Below, in pieces: positions 52,900 to 64,000 of a stretch of 64,000 nucleotides of DNA. Position 1 is the first letter of the stretch. Each line of letters starts with the position of its first letter. Made by a program: the position numbers and the translations under genes. The notes below the pieces were generated by a model, which saw only the letters and a list, made by a program, of their open reading frames with translations, was not told the DNA's origin and made no database searches. The stretch lies in NCBI RefSeq assembly GCF_009914755.1, contig NC_060927.1, one strand, 5' to 3'. This DNA is from the human T2T-CHM13v2.0 reference genome, Homo sapiens.

Positions 52900-53250
52900 A
52901 TGGATCCCGATGACCAGCACACCAATTCCTTTCTCCTTCCAGGACCATTGTATCTGCTAGTCCTTCTGCTGAAAAGGCCCATTGCCCAGCCTCTTCTCAG
53001 GTCTCAGTTCAAAGAAGGAAAGCCTCAAAGAAGCCTTCCTTGATCATCCTGCTCTCTATCTCAGCCACCTCCACAGCTCTTACCAAACTCCATATCTACT
53101 GTGTCTTGTTATTTGTTATCCCTCTGTCCCACTGGTTATAAACTCTATTATAGCTGTCTGCATTGTTTATCACTGTGTCCCCACTACTTAGGAACAGTCC
53201 TTGGAACAAAACTGATGATAAAAAATAAAGTGTTCAATGAATGAATAAAT
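52900..53250 (+). mobile_element. L2 3' end
   Basis: agaagccttccttgatc...attgtttatcactgtgtccccactacttaggaacagtccttgg...tgttcaatgaatgaataaat. Confidence 0.7.
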
Positions 53251-53894
53251 ATTTGATTTTCTATGCTTTTGGAGAGTAATTTGTGGCTCCAGTTCTGAGA
53301 TTATTTTTTATCTTTATCTAACTTAAGGCATTTTTTCTCATTAGAGTTTTTCTAGGGGGAATAAATTGCCTAGCTGCTCTAAATGGTTTTTGTCTCAGTG
53401 TAAGTAGAGTTGGCCTCACCAGGCTTATTCTAGGTCTAATGGCTTTGAAATAAATTAGCGACCTACGGACTAGTTAAGAAATTTGTTGTTTTGCCCCAAA
53501 CCTACTTTTTCACCTGTAAACATTTTTTTTTTTGCTTTGTGTCATGTCTGAAGTGCTCTTTCTAAAAACTGCTATTTCCTCTTATAATGTCCTACATTTG
53601 AGAGAGTTGATAACTTCTTGTTATGTTGCTGTTCATGATCACAGAAACTAGATAAATCCCAAGGAGCTTGAGATGATTAGGAAAACCTACTAGAATGATT
53701 ACTCCTATTAAAACATAGGTTAGAAGATGCACATTTGTGTTTCTTTTGCTTATCAACATAGGATTGTTTATGATTTTTTTATTGATTTACTCTTATTTTT
53801 ACTATTAAGCTTATTCTTTAATTTGTCCTAACTCTAGCTATAAGCTTTTTCTAGCTTTTAAATATAAGTTTCAAGTTTAAGGTATAATTTTAAT

Positions 53895-55010
53895 TAATTC
53901 ATTAAATCAACAAAAATTCCCAATTGAGAAACATTATACTAGGTATTTAGTAGATGTGACATATGAATAAGAAATCATAGCAAATGATGAATATTTTAAG
54001 AGTGATGTGTTCAACTATTACTAGGAGAATTCAGTAGAAGAAGTAATTTCTTTACAAAAAGGATGGGCAATGAAGGAAGTAATCATGGAAGGTTTTACAG
54101 AGGAGGTGGCTATATTAGACGACATTGGGGGACTAGTTGAACTCATCAGACAGAGATAGGTTGGATTGCAGAAAACATGAGAGATGGGTCTGTTGGAACT
54201 CAGAAAATAATATCCCAAATGAAAGCCTCAGAAGCAGCCTCAAAAGCAAAGTTTCTTTCTGACCTCCTGACCTTCTGTCTCTCAGCCTCATTCTCCCCTA
54301 AGCCTAGCCATAGAAACTAGAATCTCTTTTTTCCAATGTGGGTCATAGAAACCACTTTCCCTCAAAGCCAGCCATAAAACTAAAAATAATACTTGAATTT
54401 TCCCTCACCTTTCTGTGTAAATCTGGCCTGCCTTATTTGATTGTAGGTCATAAAACTCCTATTCCAGAGAGGGTTTTGCCCCATACCTAGAAGGAAAGAA
54501 TGCTGCACAGACAGGCCAAGAAGAGTCTAAAGAGACAGGCCTTTCTGGGCTCGCCCCCCAGCCCCAATCAAGCTATTACTACTATATCAATACCCTTTTT
54601 GTCCAGTCACATTTCTACATGGCTGTTTCTTCTTCATTAAACCTAAGCATAAAATCAGATGGCTTCCCTTGTGTCTTTTAGTTTTCTTTCTAAAGGCTCC
54701 CATGTCAAGTAAAACCATGATTAAACAAATCTGATATGCTTTTTTCTTGTTAACCTGTCTTTTGTTATGGGGATATCAGCCGTAACCCACAGGATGGGGA
54801 TGAGACGAATCGCCACCTTTCTGCCCCTACAGCTCAAAGGAGTAAATAGAAGACTTGAGGTAGGAACATCATGTTAAATTAAATCAATGGAAACAGTCCT
54901 ATTGCCTATATGTAGTGGAGGATAAGGACCAATATAAGGCACCTCTGGAAGGAGAGGTTGGAAGCTGGTTGTGAGGTACTCAAACAACATATCCTCAGAC
55001 ATTATTTATT
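53895..55010 (-). mobile_element. L2 fragment, interrupted by MER67
   Basis: attcattaaatcaacaaa...atgaataaga...aatcatggaaggttttacagaggaggtggc; continues after 54832. Boundaries approximate. Confidence 0.6.
54191..54831 (+). mobile_element. MER67-family (C-like, ERV1) solo LTR
   Basis: TGTTGGAACTCAGAAAA...gcctcagaagcagcctcaaaagcaaa...ctagccatagaaactagaatc...CCCCTACA; 4-bp TSD GGTC / GCTC. Confidence 0.8.
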
Positions 55011-56124
55011 GGGCCACTGAAAGCCAATATACTCTGGGCTGATCCACTCATTTATTTATGGTGTTGCTCTATTTGCCTGATGTGTCCTTATGATTCCATC
55101 TTGCTTTGAGGATCTCAGAAGTATAAATAACTCTTAATAATGATCAGGAAAAAGATAAAAAGGAAAGATAGAGGCTATATCAAGCTTGTACAGGAATTTA
55201 CATCTAACCTTGTCACCAATTTGGTTATTTGGTTTATATATAGAATGGATATTTGGGCTTGACCAAGAAGACAAATTTGACAGGAATAAATGTACAGTCT
55301 TGTATTTAGTTCATAAAAGTCAGTTGCACAGTGCAGGATAGGTTTGACAGTAGACCACGGAAAAAAGAATTTATTTGACAATAAACTAGATAAGGAGTAA
55401 TGTCACTGCTGAAAAGCAATAAAAAATGTAGTTTAACCTGCTGAAAAGCAGGTACATTAACTGAAACGAGTACTATATTCTTAAATGATTTGATGGACAA
55501 AAGGTTAAAATTAATTTTAGGAAAACTTGAAAGTTAAACATATTCACATATAATTTTAGTGATATGTTTAGTTAAGAATATGAAACCCCTCAATGCCCAA
55601 TCTATAGTAAACTGACCTGTTTGGTTCACTCATACCTGCTGAAAAAGAGCACACACAAAAAAACAAATACTATTTAGATATGAAAAGTTTTTAAACTTTG
55701 AATTCTGACTGATTTCAAGTGTGTAATTTTAAGTAAGGCAACCCCTGCGTCTGTTTCTTCTAGGGATGCCCTAAGTTGAAAGAGTTGATTAGCTTTTGTT
55801 GAGCTGTTATTCATGATCACAGAAACTAGAAATACAAATCCTAATGAGGTAGAAATGGGTACGGAAGCATATTTGTGCAATATCTTTTCTATTTGTTTCA
55901 GAGGATTGTTGGGAGAACTCATAAAATCATTTTTATACACTGTGACATTCTAAAATATACAAGGTTTTCTGATTAATAAAGAGGCCATTTGTGTCTCTTC
56001 CTTTGCCTCTTCTAGTTTTGGAGAGTCAATGAGGTTACCAACGTCATATTCCTGCATACTGAGTGGGCCTTTTGTGAATGTCCCTCCCTTCCCTATCAAG
56101 TTTGCTTGTGAAGAAACAAATACT

Positions 56125-56549
56125 TAGTGGTTCCCAAAATGGGATCCGGGGATTACCTACATAAGACACATCCAGAGTACTTGTAACAAAACAGAGATCC
56201 TTTCAGACTTGCTGCATCCAAATTTCTGGAGGTAGGACCAAGAGATCTATATTTTCATCAAAAGATCCAGTGATTCTCAACTGGGGGAGATTTTGTCCCC
56301 AGCCCCTGAGGACATTTGACAATGTCTGGAGACATTTATGGTGGTCACAACTGGGACAGGACAGGTGTTGGGTGGGGGATGTGCTACTGGTATGCTGTGA
56401 GTAAAGGCCAGAAATATTGCTAAACGTCCTATAATGCAAAGGACAGCACCCCTCCCACCTCCTCAAGACAAGTAATTATCCAGCCCAAATTGTGAATGGT
56501 GCTCAGGTTGAAAAACCATGTTATGCACAGGAGAGTTTAAAAGCTGCTT
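56125..56549. mobile_element. MER5A-type element containing a nested MER20 (56268-56520)
   Basis: MER20: CAGTGATTCTCAACTGGGGGAGATTTTG...aatgtctggagacattt...GGTTGAAAAACCATG; the host resumes ttatgcacag. Confidence 0.8.
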
Positions 56550-58149
56550 TTCAAGCATGTGTCATCTATCTTTGGCATTTACCCTCAGTTATTTTTAAAT
56601 TTATTCATATATTCATTTTCAACACATTTAAAAATGCTCGTTACTATAAAGGTAGAAAAATATAGAACTTTAAATAAAATATTGGAGTTGGGATTAGTTA
56701 CTTTGGGCTCATTTCTGGGTTTCTTTTAAAAAAGTTTCCTCAATTTAGAGTTAATTTTTCCACTGGAAAAATAGGAATCAAGATGAGATTTCCATCTAGC
56801 TGCTTCTTCTTTTCACACATTGAAAAACTTTCTTAACTTGAACTGGCTAAGAGGTTAATCTGACTTTAAGAAGAGTCAATTTTATAGAATATTTTTAAAA
56901 ATATCATTTAGTTTTATTGTGTTCAAGGGCATAGAGATATTTTGCTGATGAAATTCAGGAAGGAAGAGATGAACTATATATTTTTAAGAACTTGTTTTTA
57001 CACACAGGTAACAATCACTTGTAATTAGCAGTTAATTGAATGCAAACACTGCTGTTAAAGTGGTGATTGAAACAGCAGTTGTCCTTTACTCTTCAGTAGA
57101 AGAAGATTTTTTCTCCTTTGCACTATTGATTTGCTGACAGATCTATTTTATATTATAGTGGCATAAGGGTAAAATCTGCCCGGCACTTCTAAAATACCAT
57201 GAATTCTTATAACCCTTAAAAATAAAACACAACATCACTTTGCTTTCATTAAGCAAAAGGATTAGTATAATATAAAAATCACCCGTATTACATGTTTAAA
57301 CCTGAATTCAAATTTAACTTCATAAGGTATCTTCAGCAGATGTTCTGTCTCATAATCATTTCTATGGTGACTTTCAGTTCTGGAAAGCCTTGAATCTCTA
57401 ATGAAAATTTTTCAAAGTAATAAGATGGAAAAGAAGCACTAAAATAAGCTTGGAGATAGAATTTTAAAACATTTTGGCTAAATGTATCAGGTTAGAAGTT
57501 GCCCTAGTTACTGATTGCTGCTATTAGATATTCCCGTTGTACAAGGAAAGCCAGTTATTGATTTTTTCACATTTGAATTTCTTTTAAAGTAGTTCATTGT
57601 CTCTATTGTGGATCTTTATCTCAGCCATGAAAATTCAGGGTAATAGAAATGACCTGCTATTCTGATGTCTGGCTAGTGTCTTGCTTAATTTACTTACCCC
57701 TGTGAACCTAGAAACTATTAGAATATACTGTTCATGGAATGCATAAAATTAACATGTCCCATTGTGCTTTGATATTGTTGTAGTGACAATATATTTCAGC
57801 CACTGTTGATGATGGATTAATTTACCTTAAACAATGCATTTCAAAATTTTGGTTCCTGTCATCTTGATTTCATTTATATATTAATATCTGTATATTCTTA
57901 TGACAACAAATATATGCATAGGTCACTAGCTAAAAGTAAAAAGAGGCAAATTTTCAGCAGTACAGAAAAAAATAAATTAATGCATTGCACTTCTATTTGT
58001 CATTGTACTGAAGACTTTAACAAGTTTAAGAACTATCCTATACATTAATTTTGAGGGTTTCCAATTTGATTGGGACTGGGCCTTGGAAGTAGATGCCAAA
58101 CAAATAAGCACACATATGGAAATGTAATTAAATTGTTTTTTAAAAAATC

Positions 58150-58837
58150 TACAGTATTCCTTTTCAACTAGGGTGCTGCAATTCAATGCAGCTCTAATGC
58201 TAACCACCCAGAGCTAGTGTCAGACTCTACTGTCTAAAGGGAATAGTCCCTGGTAGGACTACCCTTATGCTAGATGCCAGCCACAAATCCTAGGGGTCTT
58301 CCAGAACTTGCATTTCTGACCAAGTGGGCCACCAATTAGGGAATTCCCACAACCCCCTGCAAGTTTGATACTTTACAAAGATGACACAGAATTCAGGAAA
58401 GTGCTACACTTATGATTACAATACAGTGAGATCTAGAAGGGCATCAAGTGCTGAGCTTCCATGCCCTCAGTTAGGCATGCAGTTGGGGTGCTCTACCCTC
58501 CTGACGCATTGTGTATTCACTAACCAGGAAGCTCCACTGAGCTTCAGTGTCCAGAGTTTTTATTGGTATCTCAGTACATAGGCATGATTGATTAAATTAT
58601 TAGCCATGGGATTGAATTCAAAGTCCAGATTAAGGGGGCTGAAAGTTCCAACCCTCTAATCACATAATTGGTCTTTTTGCTGACCAGCTCCTATCCTGAA
58701 GCTATCTAGGTGCACAGATAGGTCACTTCATTAACATAACAGAGATGCTACTATCACTCAGAAAATTCCAAAGGTATTTGAAACTCCTTGCCAGAAACCT
58801 AATGCAATTATCAGACTAATTATTTATTATACCACAC
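58150..58837 (-). mobile_element. MER21C/MER77-like LTR
   Basis: ctaaccacccagagctagtgtcagac...aaccaggaagctccactgagcttcagtgtccagagtttttattgg...ggctgaaagttccaaccctctaatcac...ttattataccaca. Confidence 0.8.
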
Positions 58838-58864
58838 ACAAGTATCATAAATAGTATTATAAAT

Positions 58865-59290
58865 AAAGAAAGAAAATATTAATTCAGGGCCTACTGTGTT
58901 CTAGCTGCTATTTGAGCAATAAACAAATTAAACCAAACAAAAATTTAGCTATAAGAGTTTTCTATCTAGTGGATGGTTTGGGTTGGGTGGGGACATACAC
59001 AATAATTAAATAGGTAAATAATTAAACAGGGAAATTTTACAGCATAGGGAGAGCTGTGGAGAATTAACAGTAGGGGAGACTAGAGAGTGTCCGGGTCGTG
59101 GAGCTGCTATTTTAAATTGGGTGAGCTATTTGAGAAGCTGCTTTCTGTGTTCTGGAGGTAACAAGTGAATGAGCTATGGGGGTATCTGAGAAAAGACTGT
59201 ATCAAGCAGATCTTTGCACTGTACAAAGACCTTGAGACAGGAGCATACTTAAGTTTTGAAATAACGGCAAGAAACCAGATGTGCCAGATA
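58865..59290 (-). mobile_element. L2 fragment
   Basis: cctactgtgttctag...tctatctagtgg...gctattttaaattgggtg...gaatgagctatgggggtatctgagaaaag...gtacaaagaccttgagacaggagc. Confidence 0.7.
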
Positions 59291-59602
59291 GGTTTTTAAA
59301 TGTTGACTGAATTTGTATAAAGGTTACAGTAAATACTTAGGATAAAATCAGTATGATATAAAATGCTGTGAAAATGCCAATGCTAACAATAGAAGAAAAA
59401 CTTTTTTTTAGAGTGTAAAGCCACCTAGGCTAAATCAGTGACAACTGAGGAATAATAAAGTTAAAAGTTTATCTTGGAGGCCATTGGCTTTAGAAATTTT
59501 TCAGGCTTTGTGTCATCCATCTTTGCTTTGCCATGGCAGTGACTTCTAATATAGTTTTATATATGAAACTGTCTAGATTTAAAAGCTTTGACAAGGAAGT
59601 TC

Positions 59603-59670
59603 TTGTAAAATAAGTTATTATTATTATTACAAATCTTTGTAAAATAAGATATTATTATTATTACAAATCT
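59603..59670 (+). repeat. 34-bp tandem duplication (2 copies, 33/34 identical)
   Basis: TTGTAAAATAAG(T/A)TATTATTATTATTACAAATCT at 59603-59636 and 59637-59670. Confidence 0.95.
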
Positions 59671-61199
59671 CATTTAATTTTATAAATCAGAATATGGTTT
59701 TCTAAAAGTCTGGGCTAGAAAATGAGAAAACTAAGATTGGATCAGAAATTCTGATCATATATAAATAAAACCTGCAGGAAAATTTCCTGTTCCAACATTT
59801 GTAAAGTTTAAGGTATTCCCATAATATTAAAATATATTATTCTTTTGGGCTTATTTTTTAGACAACAATAATTCTACTGGCTATTCTTTGACTGTTTTTA
59901 GTTGGTGAAAATAAAAGGATATTCCTCAAACATGTGTATTATTATTTTCAGGTTTTATCTAGCTCTGCATGTGATATTTGAGTTTAAAATGTTTGGAGTA
60001 AGCAGAGTATTGAGGAAACTCACCATATTAGGAAATTTCCCCTCCCATATATGTTACCTTTTGCATAGAATTAAAACCTATTCATATTCTGCCCCAAGTT
60101 TTCGTGCAATGTATTTTTCTCCATTGCTGTAAATACACATGTTGACAAATAAGTAGTCTCCTACAAGATACGTTGACTTCACTATTGCACATGATCACTA
60201 TTATTACTAATACTTTAACATGATGAAACAAAGTTACACATTATGTGCATGTTTAAAGCAGTCATTTTTAGAGGCTACATTTCAACAACTAGAATCAGAA
60301 AGTTTTGGACCTTTGCTTTTGAAATGACTTTTCATGAAGGCAGTATATGCACATTCTTTAAAGACATTCTAGAAAGTCATGTCTTCATTTCTGGAGAATG
60401 AATTTGACTTGTGAAAATCATCTGGAAAAAATCAGAGTCAAGTGACTTAAACAGGAGTGGAGGGTGGTTTAATAAATTCTACCGCGGTATTAAAATACAA
60501 AAATAAAAGGATTTGACAGACTTTTTTACATGGCTTTTAAGTTGGCTCAAAATGGGTTTTCAAAATGGTTTGAACTTGGCATTGTTTTTTTGATGAGCTT
60601 AGAGTCTCCTGTAGTTAATGTTCTGAAAGATATCAATCTTTCAAGAGTGCATGTTATGGTATTTTATTAAAATTATCAGACATTGCTTTATAGTCAGAAT
60701 GAGTTTTATCAGCATGACATTAGAGATACACTTCACAAAGATATTTACACTAATAAGTCTAATTTTGATAAATTTTAAAAGTGGTTATTTCTTCTACGGG
60801 ACAATGGTTCTGGTAATGACAATGAATTCTTTGATGACAATTCATATTTTTAAACAGCATGTATATAATTATATACTTAGCAGAAGTGTTTCTTGTTTTA
60901 GAAGGTGTTTAACTTCAATCAGTTGATTTTGTTGATCATTAGTTTGAAGAGTGCTACTTTTTACTTCATTTTTCTTAAAGGTATATGTATATGTATATGT
61001 ATCTATTTGACTACATATTGGGGTCATTAAGACTCAAGAGGTAAGAGAGTTTCATTTAAAGAAGTGTTTTTACTTTATTTTATTTTATTTTTAGAAGAAG
61101 TTTGCTTCCATTTACTTTTTACTGAGATGTAGATTTGTTTTATTCCTGCTCTTTGCTGGGTAGTATACCAGCTAGTGCCTGGGAGAGAAAATGATCAAG

Positions 61200-61860
61200 G
61201 TGCATTGGGTTCATTGGAGAAGCTTCCATTAAATCTAGGAAATAAGACAAGGACACACTTGACTATATTGTGGTGTCAGTAAGTGTCATTCCCCACACAA
61301 ATATACTGCTGTAGGTACCGGAGAAGGAAGAGAGAATGTCTAATTGAAAACATTGAGAAAGGCTTGATATTGGCCTTGATAAATAGAGTATATTTTTATG
61401 AGATTTACAAGTCAGTGAAGCAGTATAAGGGAATAGGTGAGTTCCGAGAATATAAGAGGCATTTGGATAACTATGATAAGGTTGATGAGATGACAGCTTA
61501 AGATATTAGGCATATAGCAGAGGTTAAGATTGGTAAGATAATTTGGGTCATTGTTGTGGAGGGCCCTGCTTACCAAATATAGAATAGATTAGGCATTGTA
61601 GAAAGCTGAATTTTTGATAGCATTAGAGTTGTGCTTTGAAAAGATACATATGATAACAGGATACATTGGAACAAGGAGAGACCAGAGGCAAAGAGAGAGG
61701 TAGGTAGAGTCTTGAGAGTTAATGCATTTCTGGACAAAGGCAGTAGCTAACACAGTGAAAATTTTCAGAGCTGGATTAATCAGTGCTAAGCTGGACATGA
61801 AAGGCAACAAGAAACAAATACATAGATTTAGAGAAAGCAATGGATAGATGTATCTTGATG
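61200..61860 (-). mobile_element. L2 fragment
   Basis: Purine-rich antisense L2 pattern (ttgggtcattgttgtggagggcc...gtgctttgaaaagat...gagagaccagaggcaaagag). Boundaries approximate. Confidence 0.55.
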
Positions 61861-61924
61861 TGATGATGTGATATTTTTATCAATCTTGAGAGTAGGTCTG
61901 CATATTGACTACTCGTAAGAAAGG

Positions 61925-63040
61925 CTTGAGGATCCGCCTCAGGTTTTTGTTCAGGCTTGTAAGGAGCTTGGAAGTTGCCATTCCAGCCTTCAACAAGTAA
62001 AAATCCAAACAAACTTAAAAACATAAAACAAAAAATAACAATGCTACTTAGATGTCTCAGAGAAGTAAGGTCCCAGGGCAAATTGTCCCCAGAACTGGAG
62101 AGAGACGGGCTAATACAGAGAATTATAACTTACTAGAGCAGAAATTCATATGCAAAAGCCCCTGTAAGAACCAGTTTTTTGGTAGGAAAACCTGACTTGT
62201 AATTGTAGAATTGCTAAAAGCCCAAAATAAACCATTTGAGATTTAAAAACTTCAGGGAGGAGGTCCATTCATCGGGAGGCTTCCACACTTTTATGTTTTA
62301 TTACCAGGAGCTCTACCAGGTTCTCATAGGAGAATAGTTCCTTAATGCTCTGGCAAGGAGATAGGAAAAAAAAATCATTTGAATATATGTTAGAATATTC
62401 TGTTTTTCTTAACAAGGCCTGCCTTCAGGAGAAACTATTTTACTAGAGCCTAATCTACTAGGATCTTATCAGAACTTAACCTATCTAGGGAAAGGGAAAT
62501 ACCCAACTTCAATTATTTTCTTGCCATCCTGTCCAACCTAAGTGGATTCCAAGGGGAGAACTAAGAAGCACTGGTGAAGTTCATAGTCCAATGGCACAAG
62601 CTCACCAGAAACCTGAGACCTAATCACAGGACTATAGAAAATTTCCTCTCCCCTCTACAGTCCTTACCACCCCATTATTAAAAGTTTGTTTTACTGTAGT
62701 AAAAATGAGTATAATTGATATCCTAAAAATAGCAGAGAAAATGGAATCATATAAAATTCTCAACTGAAACCACAAAAGGCAAAAAAAGTGTGAAAGATGA
62801 AAATAGAAATAAAGAACAAAGACTGTAACAAAAAAACAGTTATAACTATGACAAATATCAACCTAACTGTATTCATAATCACTTTCAACATCGATAGTCT
62901 ACATACATTAATTAAAAGACAGAGGTTGTCGCAGTTGATCAAAAAGCAAGACCTAACTATATGCTGTCCATGAGAAACCTAATTTGAGCACAAATACACA
63001 AGCAGATTAAAAGTAAAGGGATGAAGAAAGGTATATTATG
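61925..63040 (+). mobile_element. L1MC-type (L1MCa-like) 5' end joined to the inter-ORF region and ORF2 start
   Basis: gtaaggagcttggaagttgcca...ggtaggaaaacctga...ttcttaacaaggcctgcc...ctgagacctaatcacaggactatagaa, then from about 62700 an A-rich inter-ORF region. Confidence 0.7.
62848..63039 (+). pseudogene. L1 ORF2 endonuclease N-terminal remnant
   Basis: Translates MTNINLTVFIITFNIDSLHTLIKRQRLSQLIKKQDLTICCP*ET*FEHKYTSRLKVKG*RKVYY, matching the L1 endonuclease pattern ITLNVNGLN.PIKR.RL..WIKKQDP.ICCLQETH. Confidence 0.85.
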
Positions 63041-64000
63041 AACTATGGAATGAAAGTTTTCCCCCCAAATTAATATGTTAAAATCTTTAACTTCAATGTA
63101 ATGGTATTAATAGGTAGGGCTGTTTAGGGGCAATTAAGTTATAAGGGGGAGCTCTCATAAATGCAATTAATGTTCTTTTTTGTTTGTTTGTTTGAGATGG
63201 AGTCTTGCTCTGTCGCCCAGGCTGGAGTGCAGTGGAAAGAGCTCTCTAGCCTTTTTTTTTTCTGTCATACAGTAAGAAGACTATAGTCTGCAACCCAGAT
63301 GGGGGCCCTTACCAGAACCAGACCATTCTGACATCCTGATTTCAGACTTCTAGCCTTCAGGACAGTGAGAATTCAATTTGCATGGTTTATAAGCTACCCA
63401 GTATATGGTACTTTGTTATAGTACCTCAAACTGGCTAAGACAGAAATTAGTACTGAAAATTAGGAGTGTCACTGTAAAAAATACCCAAAAGTGTGGAAGT
63501 GATTTAGAAAGTGGGTAATTAATAGAGATTGGAAGAGTTATGAAGCATGTGCTAGAGAAAGCCTATGCCATGGACTTTTAAAGGTGATTCTGCTGAGAGT
63601 TCAGAAAGAAAAGAGGAGAGTGGTACAGAAAGTTTCTGCCTTCTAAGAGAAGACCTAAGTATCCATGAACAGAATTCTGATAGAAATATACATTTCTAAG
63701 AGCCATTCTGATGAGATCTGAGACAGAAATGAGGAGCATGTAGTTGAACGATGGAGAAAAGGTGATTCTTGCTATATAGTGGCAAATAATTTGGCTGACT
63801 TGTGTTCATGTTATAGCATTTTGTGGAAAGTAGAAACTGCACTGGCGTTGGATATATAGCTGAGATTTCTAAGCAAAGTGTAGAAGGAGCTGCTTGGTTT
63901 TTCCTGACTCCTTATGGTAAAATACAAAAGGAGAGAAATAAATTGCAGATAAAATTATTAATCAAAAAAGATTAAATCTTAAAATTTGGAAAATTCTCAG
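63041..64000 (+). mobile_element. MLT1A LTR (about 63041-63442) plus internal region (63443 to window end)
   Basis: ctatggaatgaa...ccccccaaattaatatgttaaaatc...accagaaccagacc...tggtactttgttatag...ggctaagaCA, then gaaattagtactg and MaLR ORF motifs (tggagaaaaggtgattcttgctat = WRKGDSCY; gagatttctaagcaaagt = EISKQS). Confidence 0.88.
63176..63235 (-). mobile_element. Very short Alu 3' fragment (about 43 nt plus tail) inside the MLT1A LTR
   Basis: ttttttgtttgtttgtttgagatggagtcttgctctgtcgcccaggctggagtgcagtgg; no TSD. Confidence 0.9.

Noticed and set aside
55674-55940. 88-aa minus-strand ORF over the duplicated element (MNNSSTKANQ…) as a receptor-like N-terminus
   Set aside because: The paralogous copy has an early stop and a frameshift, the differences are not biased to synonymous sites, and no long ORF follows.

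Overview
AT-rich, CpG-poor primate genomic DNA (Alu, L1PA4 and THE1 elements point to human or a close relative). It looks like a gene desert or a very large intron. I find no intact protein-coding gene, tRNA, rRNA, snRNA or CRISPR array. The ORF track is explained by transposon relics (MaLR gag-like ORF, L1 ORF2, Alu-derived ORFs) and by chance ORFs. Most of the window is a layered fossil record of transposons: two full-length THE1 elements with TSDs, two older MLT1 elements with internal sequence, solo LTRs (THE1C, MER34, MER31, three MER21, MER67, MLT1A), about 9 Alu-type inserts, several L1 ages, L2/MIR, and DNA transposons (MER82, MER5, MER20, MER33, MER103). Family and subfamily names come from my memory of consensus sequences and need RepeatMasker/Dfam confirmation; boundaries of old elements are approximate. 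I cannot support a new multi-gene system here. The best unexplained signals are a 126-bp CpG-retaining hairpin/AP-1 element with imperfect terminal inverted repeats (45928-46053), a diverged spaced duplication with an exact 21-mer (53572-53652 / 55751-55830), a minus-strand microexon or recursive-splice-like site (about 55611-55665), a 53-bp spaced doublet (32885 / 33290), and several atypical retrotransposition scars.
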